The position numbers and the translations under genes are program-made. This document shows, one piece after another, positions 23,580 through 35,900 of a stretch of 64,000 bases of DNA; position 1 is the first letter of the stretch; the number at the start of each line of letters is the position of its first letter. The notes under the pieces are model-generated. The model did no database searches and had not been told where the DNA came from. It saw nothing but the letters and a program-made list of their open reading frames with translations. Source of the stretch: Eledone cirrhosa (lineage: Eukaryota); NCBI GenBank assembly GCA_964016885.1, contig OZ024745.1, forward strand, positions 5,890,001 to 5,954,000, read 5' to 3'.

Positions 23580-26340
23580 TTGAAGTGACGGGTGGTCTGG
23601 TGTCGTGGGTTTGTTCCTGGTTTGAGGTGGTGGGTGGTCTAGTGTCGTGGGTTTGTTCCTGGTTTGAGGTGGTGGGTGGTCTAGTGTCGTGGGTTTGTTC
23701 CTGGTTTGAGCTGGTGGATGGTCTAGTGTCGTGGGTTTGTTCCTGGTTTGAGGTGGTGGATGGTCTAGTGTCGTGGGTTTGTTCCTGGTTTGAGGTGGTG
23801 GATGGTCTAGTGTCGTGGGTTTGTTCCTGGTTTGAGGTGGTGGATGGTCTAGTGTCGTGGGTTTGTTCCTGGTTTGAGGTGGTGGGTGGTCTAGTGTCGT
23901 GGGTTTTTTCCTGGTTTGAGGTGGTGGGTGGTCTAGTGTCGTGGGTTTGATTCCTGGTTTGAGCTGGTGGATGGTCTAGTGTCGTGGGTTTGATTCCTGG
24001 GTTGCGGTGGTGGGTGGTCTACTGTCGTGGGTTTGATTCCTGGGTTGGGGTGGTGGATAGTCTAGTGTCGTGGGTTTGTTCCTGGTTTGAGGTGGTGGAT
24101 GGTCTAGTGTCGTGGGTTTGTTCCTGGGTTTGAGGTGGTGGGTGGTCTAGTGTCGTGGGTTTGTTCCTGGTTTGAGGTGGTGGGTGGTCTAGTGTCGTGG
24201 GTTTTTTCCTGGTTTGAGGTGGTGGGTGGTCTAGTGTCGTGGGTTTGATTCCTGTTTTGAGGTGGTGGATGGTCTAGTGTCGTGGGTTTGATTCCTGGGT
24301 TGGGGTGCTGGGTGGTCTAGTGTCGTGGGTTTGATTCCTGGGTTGGGGTGGTGGGTTGTCTAGTGTCGTGGGTTTGTTCCTGGTTTGAGGTGGTGGGTGG
24401 TCTAGTGTCGTGGGTTTGATTCCTGGGTTGGGGTGGTTGCTGGTCTAATGTCGTGGGGTTGATTCCTGGTTTGAGGTGGTGGGTGGTCTAGTGTCGTGGG
24501 TTTGATTCCTGGGTTGGTGTGGTGGGTGGTCTAGTGTCGTGGGTTTGATTCCTGGTTTGATGTGGTGGATGGTCTAGTGTCGTGGGTTTGATACCTGGGT
24601 TGGGGTGGTGGGTGGTCTAGTGTCGTGGGTTTGATTCCTGGGTTGGGGTGGTGGTTGGTCTAGTTTCGTGGGATTGATTCTTGGGTTGGGGTGGTGGGTG
24701 GTCTAGTGTCGTGGGGTTGATTCCTGGTTTGAGGTGGTGGGTGGTCTAGTATCGTTGGTTTGATTATGGGTTGGGGTGGTGGGTTGTCTAGTGTCGTGGG
24801 TTTGATTCCTGGTTTGAGTTGGTGGGTGGTCTAGTGTCTTGGGTTTGATTCCTGGGTTGAGGTTGTGGGTGGTCTAGTGTCGTGGGTTTGAATATGGGTT
24901 AGGGTGGTGGGTGGTCTAGTGTCGTGGGTTTGATTCCTGGTTTGAAGTGACGGGTGGTCTAGTGTCGTGGGTTTGTTCCTGGTTTGAGCTGGTGGATGGT
25001 CTAGTGTCGTGGGTTTGTTCCTGATTTGAGGTGGTGGATGGTCTAGTGTCGTGGGTTTGTTCCTGGTTTGAGGTGGTGGATGGTCTAGTGTCGTGGGTTT
25101 GTTCCTGGTTTGAGGTGGTGGATGGTCTAGTGTAGTGGGTTTGTTCCTGGTTTGAGGTGGTGGGTGGTCTAGTGTCGTGGGTTTTTTCCTGGTTTGAGGT
25201 GGTGGGTGGTCTAGTGTCGTGGGTTTGATTCCTGGTTTGAGGTGGTGGATGGTCTAGTGTCGTGGGTTTGATTCCTGGGTTGGTGTGGTGGGTGGTCTAG
25301 TGTCGTGGGTTTGATTCCTGGGTTGGGGTGGTGGGTGGTCTAGTGTCGTGGGTTTGTTCCTGGTTTGAGGTGGTGGATAGTCTAGTGTCGTGTGTTTGTT
25401 CCTGGTTTGAGGTGGTGGATGGTCTAGTGTCGTGGGTTTGTTCCTGGGTTTGAGGTGGTGGGTGGTCTAGTGTCGTGGGTTTGTTCCTGGTTTGAGGTGG
25501 TGGGTGGTCTAGTGTCGTGGGTTTTTTCCTGGTTTGAGGTGGTGGGTGGTCTAGTGTCGTGGGTTTGTTCCTAGTTTGAGGTGGTGGGTGGTCTAGTGTC
25601 GTGGGTTTGATTCCTGTTTTGAGGTGGTGGATGGTCTAGTCTCGTGGGTTTGATTCCTGGGTTGGGGTGCTGGGTGGTCTAGTGTCGTGGGTTTGATTCC
25701 TGGGTTGGGGTGGTGGGTTGTCTAGTGTCGTGGGTTTGTTCCTGGTTTGGGGTGGTGGGTGGTCTAGTGTCGTGGGTTGGATTCCTGGGTTGGGGTGGTG
25801 GCTGGTCTAATGTCGTGGGGTTGATTCCTGGTTTGAGGTGGTGGGTGGTCTAGTGTCGTGGGTTTGATTCCTGGGTTGGTGTGGTGGGTGGTCTAGTGTC
25901 GTGGGTTTGATTCCTGGTTTGATGTGGTGGATGGTCTAGTGTCGTGGGTTTGATACCTGGGTTGGGGTGGTCGGTGGTCTAGTGTCGTGGGTTTGATTAT
26001 GGGTTGGGGTGGTGGTTGGTCTAGTTTCGTGGCATTGATTCTTGGGTTGGGGTGGTGGGTGGTCTAGTGTCGTGGGGTTGATTCCTGGTTTGAGGTGGTG
26101 GGTGGACTAGTATCGTTGGTTTGATTATGGGTTGGGGTGGTGGGTGGTCTAGTGTCGTGTGTTTGATTCCTGGTTTGAGGTGGTGGGTGGTCTAGTGTCT
26201 TGGGTTTGATTCCTGGGTTGAGGTTGTGGGTGGTCTAGTGTCGTGGGTTTGATTATGGGTTAGGGTGGTGGGTGGTCTAGTGTCGTGGGTTTGATTCCTG
26301 GTTTGAAGTGACGGGTGGTCTAGTGTCGTGGGTATGTTCC
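23580..26340 (+). repeat. ~1.36-kb (~32-monomer) higher-order repeat, two tandem copies
   Basis: gaagtgacgg at 23582, 24944 and 26305 (spacings 1362, 1361), with the same order of variants in each unit. The spacing recurs at 30728/32088 (1360). Confidence 0.85.
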
Positions 26341-28040
26341 TGGTTTGAGGTGGTGGGTGGTCTAGTGTCGTGGGGTTGATTCCTAGGTTGGGGTGGTGGG
26401 TAGTCTAGTGCCGTGGGTTTGATTCCTGGTTTGAGGTGTTGGGTTGTCTAGTGTGGTGGGTTTGATTCCTGGTTTGAGGTGGTGGGTGATCTAGTGTCGT
26501 GGGGTTGATTCCTGGTTTGAGGTGGTGGGTGGTCTAGTGTCGTGGGGTTGATTCCTGGTTTGAGGTGGTGGGTGGTCTAGTGTCCTGGGTTTGATTCCTG
26601 GTTTGAGGTGGTGGGTTGTCTAGTGTCGTGGGTTTGATTCCTGGTTTGGGGCGGTGGGTGGTCTAGTGTCGTGGGTTTGATTCCTGGCTTGGGGCGGTGG
26701 GTGGTCTAGTGTCGTGGGTTTGATTCCTGGGTTGGGGTGGTGGGTGGTCTAGTGTCGTGGGGTTGATTCCTGGTTTGAGGTGGTGGGTGGTCTAGTGTCG
26801 TGGGGTTGATTCATGGGTTGGGGTGGTGGGTGGTCTAGTGTCGTGGGTTTGATTCCTTGTTTGAGGTGGTGGGTGGTCTAGTGTCGTGGGTGGTCTAGTG
26901 TCATAGTGTTGATTCCTGGGTTGGGGTGGTGGGTGGTCTAGTGTCATGGGGTTGATTCATGGGTTGGGGTTGTGGGTGGTCTAGTGTCGTGGAGTTGATT
27001 CCTGGTTTGAGGTGGTGGGTGGTCTAGTGTCGTGGGTTTGATTCCTTGTTTGAGGTGGTGGGTGGTCTAGTGTCGTGGGTGGTCTAGTGTCATAGTGTTG
27101 ATTCCTGGGTTGGGGTGGTAGGTGGTCTAGTGTCATGGGGTTGATTCATGGGTTGGGGTTGTGGGTGGTCTAGTGTCGTGGAGTTGATTCCTGGTTTGAG
27201 GTGGTGGGTGGTCTAGTGTCGTGGGTTTGATTCCTGGTTTGAGGTGGTGGGTGGTCTCGTGTCGTGGGGTTGATTCCTGGTTTGAGGTGGTGGGTGGTCT
27301 AGTGTCCTGGGTTTGATTCCTGGTTTGAGGTGGTGGGTGGTCTAGTGTCGTTGGGTTGATTCCTGGATTGGGGTGGTGGGTGGTCTAGTGTCGTGGGGTT
27401 GATTCCTGGTTTGAGGTGGTGGGTGGTCTAGTGTCGTGGGGTTGATTCCTGGTTTGAGGTGGTGGGTGGTCTAGTGTCCTGGGTTTGATTCCTGGTTTGA
27501 GGTGGTGGGTTGTCTAGTGTCGTGGGTTTGATTCCTGGTTTGGGGCGGTGGGTGGTCTAGTGTCGTGGGTTTGATTCCTGGCTTGGGGCGGTGGGTGGTC
27601 TAGTGTCGTGGGTTTGATTCCTGGTTTGAGGTGGTGGGTGGTCTCGTGTCGTGGGGTTGATTCCTGGTTTGAGGTGGTGGGTGGTCTAGTGTCGTGGGTT
27701 TGATTCCTGGTTTGAGGTGGTGGGTGGTCTAGTGTCCTGGGTTTGATTCCTGGTTTGAGGTGGTGGGTGGTCTAGTGTCGTGGGTTTGATTCCTGGTTTG
27801 AGGTGGTGGGTGGTCTAGTGTCCTGGGTTTGATTCCTGGTTTGAGGTGGTGGGTGGTCTAGTGTTGTGGGTTTCATTCCCGGTTTGGGGTGGTGGGTGGT
27901 CTAGTGTCGTGGGTTTGATTCCTGGGTTGGGGTGGTGGGTGGTCTAGTGTCGTTGGTTTGATTCCTAGTTTGAGGTGGTGGGTGGTCTAGTGTCGTGGGT
28001 TTGATTCCTGGGTTGGGGTGGTGGGTGGTCTAGTGTCGTG
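26340..28040 (+). repeat. Block of 43-bp monomers including 17-bp truncated monomers and a 189-bp duplication
   Basis: Essentially only gattcc-type monomers. Truncated monomers at 26874 and 27063 are 189 bp apart (4x43+17). Confidence 0.85.
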
Positions 28041-31000
28041 GGTTTGTTCCAGGGTTTGAGGTGGTGGGTGGTCTAGTGTCGTGGGTTTGTTCCTGGTTTG
28101 AGGTGGTGGGTGGTCAAGTGTCGTGGGTTTGTTCCTGGTTTGAGCTGGTGGATGGTCTAGTGTCGTGGGTTTGTTCCTGGTTTGAGGTGGTGGATGGTCT
28201 AGTGTCTTGGGTTTGTTCCTGGTTTGAGGTGGTGGATGGTCTAGTGTCGTGGGTTTGTTCCTGGTTTGAGGTGGTGGATGGTCTAGTGTCGTGGGTTTGT
28301 TCCTGGGTTGAGGTGGTGGGCGGTCTAGTGTCGTGGGTTTTTTCCTAGTTTGAGGTGGTGGGCGGTCTAGTGTCGTGGGTTTGATTCATGGTTTGAGGTG
28401 GTGGATGGTCTAGTGTCGTGGGTTTGATTCTTGGGTTGGGGTGGTGGGTGGTCTAGTGTCGTGGGTTTGATTCCTGGGTTGGGGTGGTGGGTGGTCTAGT
28501 GTCATGGGTTTGTTCCTGGTTTGAGGTGGTGGATAGTCTAGTGTCGTGGGTTTGTTCCTGGTTTGAGGTGGTGGATGGTCTAGTGTCGTGGGTTTGTTCC
28601 TGGGTTTGAGGTGGTGGGTGGTCTAGTGTCGTGGGTTTGTTCCTGGTTTGAGGTGGTGGGTGGTCTAGTGTCGTGGGTTTTTTCCTGGTTTGAGGTGGTG
28701 GGTGGTCTAGTGTCGTGGGTTTGTTCCTGGTTTGAGGTGGTGGGTGGTCTAGTGTCGTGGGTTTGATTCCTGTTTTGAGGTGGTGGATGGTCTAGTGTCG
28801 TGGGTTTGATTCCTGGGTTGGGGTGCTGGGTGGTCTAGTGTCGTGGGTTTGATTCCTGGGTTTGGGTGGTGGGTTGTCTAGTGTCGTGTGTTTGTTCCTG
28901 GTTTGAGGTGGTGGGTGGTCTAGTGTCGTGGGTTTCATTCCTGGGTTGGGGTGGTGGCTGGTCTAATGTCGTGGGGTTGATTCCTGGTTTGAGGTGGTGG
29001 GTGGTCTAGTGTCGTGGGTTTGATTCCTGGGTTGGTGTGGTGGGTGGTCTAGTGCCGTGGGTTTGATTCCTGGTTTGATGTGGTGCATGGTCTAGTGTCG
29101 TGGGTTTGATACCTGGGTTGGGGTGGTGGGTGGTCTAGTGTCGTGGGTTTGATTATGGGTTGGGGTGGTGGTTGGTCTAGTTTCGTGGGATTGATTCTTG
29201 GGTTGGGGTGGTGGGTGGTCTAGTGTCGTGGGGTTGATTCCTGGTTTGGGGTGGTGGGTGGTCTAGTATCGTTGGTTTGATTATGGGTTGGGGTGGTGGG
29301 TGGTCTAGTGTTGTGGGTTTGATTCCTGGTTTGAGGTGGTGGGTGGTCTAGTGTCTTGGGTTTGATTCCTGGGTTGAGGTTGTGGGTGGTCTAGTGTCGT
29401 GGGTTTGATTATGGGTTAGGGTGGTGTGTGGTTTAGTGTCGTGGGTTTGATTCCTGGTTTGAAGTGACGGGTGGTCTAGTGTCGTGGGTTGTTCCTGGTT
29501 TGAGGTGGTGGGTGGTCTAGTGTCGTGGGTTTGTTCCTGGTTTGAGCTGGTGGATGGTCTAGTGTCGTGGGTTTGTTCCTGGTTTGAAGTGGTGGGTGGT
29601 CTAGTGTTGTAGGTTTGTTCCTGGTTTGAGGTGGTGGGTGGTCTAGTGTCGTGGATTTGTTCCTGGTTTGAGGTGGTGGCTGGTCTAGTGTCGTGGGTTT
29701 GTTCCTGGTTTGAGGTGGTGGGTGGTCTAGTGTCGTGGGTTTGATTCCTGGGTTGGGGTGGTGGCTGGTCTAATGTCGTGGGGTTGATTCCTGGTTTGAG
29801 GTGGTGGATGGTCTAGTGTCGTGGGTTTGATTCCTGGTTTGAGGTGGTGGATGGTCAAGTGTCGTGGGTTTGTTCCTGGTTTGAGGTGGTGGATGGTCTA
29901 GTGTCGTGGGTTTGTTCCTGGTTTGAGGTGGTGGATGGTCTAGTGTCGTGGGTTTGTTCCTGGTTTGAGGTGGTGGATGGTCTAGTGTCGTGGGTTTGTT
30001 CCTGGTTTGAGGTGGTGGGTGGTCTAGTGTCGTGGGTTTGTTCTTGGTTTGAGGTGGTGGATAGTCTAGTGTCGTGGGTTTGTTCCTGGTTTGAGGTGGT
30101 GGATGGTCTAGTGTCGTGGGTTTGTTCCAGGGTTTGAGGTGGTGGGTGGTCTAGTGTCGTGGGTTTGTTCCTGGTTTGAGGTGGTGGGTGGTCAAGTGTC
30201 GTGGGTTTGTTCCTGGTTTGAGCTGCTGGATGGTCTAGTGTCGTGGGTTTGTTCCTGGTTTGAGGTGGTGGATGGTCTAGTGTCGTGGGTTTGTTCCTGG
30301 TTTGAGGTGGTGGATGGTCTAGTGTCGTGGGTTTGTTCCTGGTTTGAGGTGGTGGATCGTCTAGTGTCGTGGGTTTGTTCCTGGTTTGAGGTGGTGGGTG
30401 GTCTAGTGTCGTGGGTTTTTTCCTAGTTTGAGGTGGTGGGTGGTCTAGTGTCGTGGGTTTGATTCATGGTTTGAGGTGGTGGGTGGTCTAGTGTCGTGGG
30501 TTTGATTCCTGGGTTGGGGTGGTGGGTGGTCTAGTGTCGTGGGTTTGTTCCTGTTTTGAGGTGGTGGATAGTCTAGTGTCGTGGGTTTGTTCCTGGTTTG
30601 AGGTGGTGGATGGTCTAGTGTCTTGGGTTTGATTCCTGGGTTGAGGTTGTGGGTGGTCTAGTGTCGTGGGTTTGAATATGGGTTAGGGTGGTGGGTGGTC
30701 TAGTGTCGTGGGTTTGATTCCTGGTTTGAAGTGACGGGTGATCTAGTGTCGTGGGTTTGTTCCTGGTTTGAGCTGGTGGATGGTCTAGTGTCGTGGGTTT
30801 GTTCCTGGTTTGAGGTGGTGGATGGTCTAGTGTCGTGGGTTTGTTCCTGGTTTGAGGTGGTGGATGGTCTAGTGTCGTGGGTTTGTTCCTGGTTTGAGGT
30901 GGTGGATGGTCTAGTGTAGTGGGTTTGTTCCTGGTTTGAGGTGGTGGGTGGTCTAGTGTCGTGGGTTTTTTCCTGGTTTGAGGTGGTGGGTGGTCTAGTG

Positions 31001-32990
31001 TCGTGGGTTTGATTCCTGGTTTGAGGTGGTGGATGGTCTAGTGTCGTGGGTTTGATTCCTGGGTTGGTGTGGTGGGTGGTCTAGTGTCGTGGGTTTGATT
31101 CCTGGGTTGGGGTGGTGGGTGGTCTAGTGTCGTGGGTTTGTTCCTGGTTTGAGGTGGTGGATAGTCTAGTGTCGTGTGTTTGTTCCTGGTTTGAGGTGGT
31201 GGATGGTCTAGTGTCGTGGGTTTGTTCCTGGGTTTGAGGTGGTGGGTGGTCTAGTGTCATGGGTTTGTTCCTGGTTTGAGGTGGTGGGTGGTCTAGTGTC
31301 GTGGGTTTTTTCCTGGTTTGAGGTGGTGGGTGGTCTAGTGTCGTGGGTTTGTTCCTAGTTTGAGGTGGTGGGTGGTCTAGTGTCGTGGGTTTGATTCCTG
31401 TTTTGAGGTGGTGGATGGTCTAGTCTCGTGGGTTTGATTCCTGGGTTGGGGTGCTGGGTGGTCTAGTGTCGTGGGTTTGATTCCTGGGTTGGGGTGGTGG
31501 GTTGTCTAGTGTCGTGGGTTTGTTCCTGGTTTGGGGTGGTGGGTGGTCTAGTGTCGTGGGTTGGATTCCTGGGTTGGGGTGGTGGCTGGTCTAATGTCGT
31601 GGGGTTGATTCCTGGTTGAGGTGGTGGGTGGTCTAGTGTCGTGGGTTTGATTCCTGGGTTGGTGTGGTGGGTGGTCTAGTGTCGTGGGTTTGATTCCTGG
31701 TTTGATGTGGTGGATGGTCTAGTGTCGTGGGTTTGATACCTGGGTTGGGGTGGTCGGTGGTCTAGTGTCGTGGGTTTGATTATGGGTTGGGGTGGTGGTT
31801 GGTCTAGTTTCGTGGGATTGATTCTTGGGTTGGGGTGGTGGGTGGTCTAGTGTCGTGGGGTTGATTCCTGGTTTGAGGTGGTGGGTGGACTAGTATCGTT
31901 GGTTTGATTATGGGTTGGGGTGGTGGGTGGTCTAGTGTCGTGGGTTTGATTCCTGGTTTGAGGTGGTGGGTGGTCTAGTGTCTTGGGTTTGATTCCTGGG
32001 TTGAGGTTGTGGGTGGTCTAGTGTCGTGGGTTTGATTATGGGTTAGGGTGGTGGGTGGTCTAGTGTCGTGGGTTTGATTCCTGGTTTGAAGTGACGGGTG
32101 GTCTAGTGTCGTGGGTATGTTCCTGGTTTGAGGTGGTGGGTGGTCTAGTGTCGTGGGGTTGATTCCTGGATTGGGGTGGTGGGTGGTCTAGTGTCGTGGG
32201 GTTGATTCCTGGTTTGAGGTGGTGGGTGGTCTAGTGTCCTGGGTTTGATTCCTGGTTTGAGGTGGTGGGTTGTCTAGTGTCGTGGGTTTGATTCCTGGTT
32301 TGGGGCGGTGGGTGGTCTAGTGTCGTGGGTTTGATTCCTGGCTTGGGGCGGTGGGTGGTCTAGTGTCGTGGGTTTGATTCCTGGGTTGGGGTGGTGGGTG
32401 GTCTAGTGTCGTGGGGTTGATTCCTGGTTTGAGGTGGTGGGTGGTCTAGTGTCGTGGGGTTGATTCATGGGTTGGGGTGGTGGGTGGTCTAGTGTCGTGG
32501 GTTTGATTCCTTGTTTGAGGTGGTGGGTGGTCTAGTGTCGTGGGTGGTCTAGTGTCATAGTGTTGATTCCTGGGTTGGGGTGGTGGGTGGTCTAGTGTCA
32601 TGGGGTTGATTCATGGGTTGGGGTTGTGGGTGGTCTAGTGTCGTGGAGTTGATTCCTGGTTTGAGGTGGTGGGTGGTCTAGTGTCGTGGGTTTGATTCCT
32701 TGTTTGAGGTGGTGGGTGGTCTAGTGTCGTGGGTTTGATTCCTGGTTTGAGGTGGTGGGTGGTCTAGTGTCGTGGGTGGTCTAGTGTCATAGTGTTGATT
32801 CCTGGGTTGGGGTGGTGGGTGGTCTAGTGTCATTGGGTTGATTCATGGGTTGGGGTTGTGGGTGGTCTAGTGTCGTGGAGTTGATTCCTGGTTTGAGGTG
32901 GTGGGTGGTCTAGTGTCCTGGGTTTGATTCCTGGTTTGAGGTGGTGGGTGGTCTCGTGTCGTGGGGTTGATTCCTGGTTTGAGGTGGTGG
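28040..32990 (+). repeat. Mosaic of two dispersed duplications: a copy of ~18180-20700 followed by a copy of ~24830-27300
   Basis: ORFs 18199/28061 (offset 9862) and 20319/30139 (9820). Then gaatatggg 24890/30674, ggtggactag 26101/31884 (5783-5784) and the 17-bp monomer 26874/32528. Confidence 0.8.
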
Positions 32991-35900
32991 GTGGTCTAGT
33001 GTTGTGGGTTTCATTCCCGGTTTGGGGTGGTGGGTGGTCTAGTGTCGTGGGTTTGATTCCTGGGTTGGGGTGGTGGGTGGTCTAGTGTCGTTGGTTTGTT
33101 TCCTAGTTTGAGGTGGTGGGTGGTCTAGTGTCGTGGGTTTGATTCCTGGGTTGGGGTGGTGGGTGGTCTAGTGTCGTGGGTTTGATTCCTGGGTTGGGGT
33201 GGTGGGTGGTCTAGTGTCGTGGGGTTGATTCCTGGGTTGGGGTGGTGGGTGGTCTAGTGTCGTGGGGTTGATTCCTGGTTTGAGGTGGTGGGTGGTCTAG
33301 TGTCGTGGGGTTGATTCCTGGTTTGAGGTGGTGGGTGATCTAGTGTCGTGGGTTTGATTCCTGGCTTGGGGTGGTGGGTGGTCTAGTGTCGTGGGTTTCA
33401 TTCCTGGGTTGAGGTGGTGGGTGGTCTAGTGTCGTGGGTTTGATTCCTGGTTTGAGGTGGTGGGTGGTCTAGTGTCGTGGGGTTGATTCCTGGTTTGAGG
33501 TGGTGGGTGGTCTAGTGTCGTGGGGTTGATTCCTGGGTTGGGGTGGTGGGTAGTCTAGTGTGGTGGGTTTGATTCCTGGTTTGAGGTGGTGGGTGGTCTA
33601 GTGTGGTGGGTTTTATTCCTGCTTTGAGGTGGTGGGTGCTCTAGGGTCGTGGGTTTGATTCCTGGGTTGAGGTGGTTGGTGGTCTAGTGTCGTGGGTTTG
33701 ATTCCTGGCTTGGGGTGGTGGGTGGTCTAGTGTCGTGGGGTTGATTCCTGGGTTGGGGTGGTGGGTGGTCTAGTGTCGTGGAGTTGATTCCTGGTTTGAG
33801 GTGGTGGGTGCTCTAGGGTCGTGGGTTTGATTCCTGGGTTGAGGTGGTGGGTGGTCTAGTGTCGTGGGTTTGATTCCTGGTTTGAAGTGGTGGGTGGTCT
33901 AGTGTCGTGGGGTTGATTCCTGGGTTGGGGTGGTGGGTAGTCTAGTGTGGTGGGTTTGATTCCTGGTTTGAGGTGGTGGGTGGTCTAGTGTGGTGGGTTT
34001 GATTCCTGCTTTGAGGTGGTGGGTGGTCTAGTGTCGTGGGTTTGATTCCTGGGTTGGGGTGGTGGGTGGTCTAGTGTCGTGGGGTTGATTTCTCGTTTGA
34101 GGTGGTGGGTGGTCTAGTGTCGTGGGTTTGATTCCTGGTTTGAGGTGGTGGGTGGTCTAGTGTCGTGGGGTTGATTCCTGGGTTGAGGTGGTGGGTGGTC
34201 TAGTGTCGTGGGTTTGATTCCTGGTTTGAGGTGGTGGGTGGTCTAGTGTCGTGGGGTTGATTCCTGGGTTGGGGTGGTGGGTAGTCTAGTGTGGTGGGTT
34301 TGATTCCTGGTTTGAGGTGGTGGGTGGTCTAGTGTGGTGGGTTTGATTCCTGCTTTGAGGTGGTGGGTGGTCTAGTGTCGTGGGTTTGATTCCTGGGTTG
34401 GGGTGGTGGGTGGTCTAGTGTCGTGGGGTTGATTCCTGGTTTGAGGTGGTGGGTGGTCTAGTGTCGTGGGTTTGATTCCTGGTTTGAGGTGGTGGGTGGT
34501 CTAGTGTCGTGGGGTTGATTCCTGGGTTGAGGTGGTGGGTGGTCTAGTGTCGTGGGTTTGATTCCTGGTTTGAGGTGGTGGGTGGTCTAGTGTCGTGGGG
34601 TTGATTCCTGGGTTGGGGTGGTGGGTAGTCTAGTGTGGTGGGTTTGATTCCTGGTTTGAGGTGGTGGGTGGTCTAGTGTGGTGGGTTTGATTCCTGGTTT
34701 GAGGTGGTGGGTGGTCTAGTGTCGTGGGTTTGATTCCTGGGTTGGGGTGGTGGGTGGTCTAGTGTCGTGGGGTTGATTCCTGGTTTGAGGTGGTGGGTGG
34801 TCTAGTGTCGTGGGTTTGATTCCTGGGTTGGGGTGGTGGGTGATCTAGTGTCGTGGGGTTGATTCCTGGTTTGAGGTGGTGGTTGGTCTAGTGTCGTGGG
34901 TTTGATTCCTGGGTTGGGGTGGTGGGTGGTCTAGTGTCGTGGGGTTGATTCCTGGTTTGAGGTGGTGGGTGATCTAGTGTTGTGGGTTTGATTCCTGGTT
35001 TGAGGTGGTGGGTGGTCTAGTGTCGTGGGTGGTCTAGTGTCGTAGTGTTGATTCCTGGGTTGGGGTGGTGGGTGGTCTAGTGTCGTGGGGTTGCTTCATG
35101 GGTTGGGGTTGTGGGTGGTCTAGTGTCGTGGGGTTGATTCCCGGGTTGAGGTGGTGGGTGACCTAGTGTCGTGGGTTTGATTCCTGGGTTGAGGTGGTGG
35201 GTGGTCTAGTGTCGTGGATTTGATTCCTGGTTGGTTTGAGGTGGTGGGTGGTCTCGTGTCGTGGGGTTGATTCCTGGTTTGAGGTGGTGGGTGGTCTAGT
35301 GTCCTGGGTTTGATTCCTGGTTTGAGGTGGTGGGTGGTCTAGTGTCGTGGGTTTGATTCCTGGTTTGAGGTGGTGGGTGGTTTAGTGTAGTGGGGTTGAT
35401 TCCTAGGTTGGGTTGGTGGCTTGTCTAGTGTCTTGGGTTTGATTCCTGGTTTGAGGTGGTGGGTGGCCTAGTGTCGTGGGTTTGATTCCTGGGTAGGGGT
35501 GGTGGGTGGTCTAGTGTCGTGGGTTTGTTTCCTGGGTTGGGGTGGTGGGTGGTCTAGTGGCGTGGAGTTGATTCCTGGTTTGAGGTGGTGGGTGGTCTAG
35601 TGTTGTGGGTTTCATTCCCGGTTTGGGGTGGTGGGTGGTCTAGTGTCGTGGGTTTGATTCCTGGTTTGGGGTGGTGGGTGGTCTAGTGTCGTTGGTTTGT
35701 TTCCTAGTTTGAGGTGGTGGGTGGTCTAGTGTCGTGGGTTTGATTCCTGGGTTGGGGTGGTGGGTGGTCTAGTGTCGTGGGTTTGATTCCTGGGTTGGGG
35801 TGGTGGGTGGTCTAGTGTCGTGGGGTTGATTCCTGGGTTGGGGTGGTGGGTGGTCTAGTGTCGTGGGGTTGATTCCTGGTTTGAGGTGGTGGGTGGTCTA

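Larger units (their letters stand above)
1..26340 (+). repeat. Domain rich in 42-bp monomers, interleaved with short 43-bp runs and organised in 1-3 kb higher-order units
   Basis: Long runs of ...gtttgttcc... monomers, often with ggat; most ORF-track entries fall here. Recurring markers include gaagtgacgg, gttcctgggtttg, ggatagtc and cctgttttga. Confidence 0.9.
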
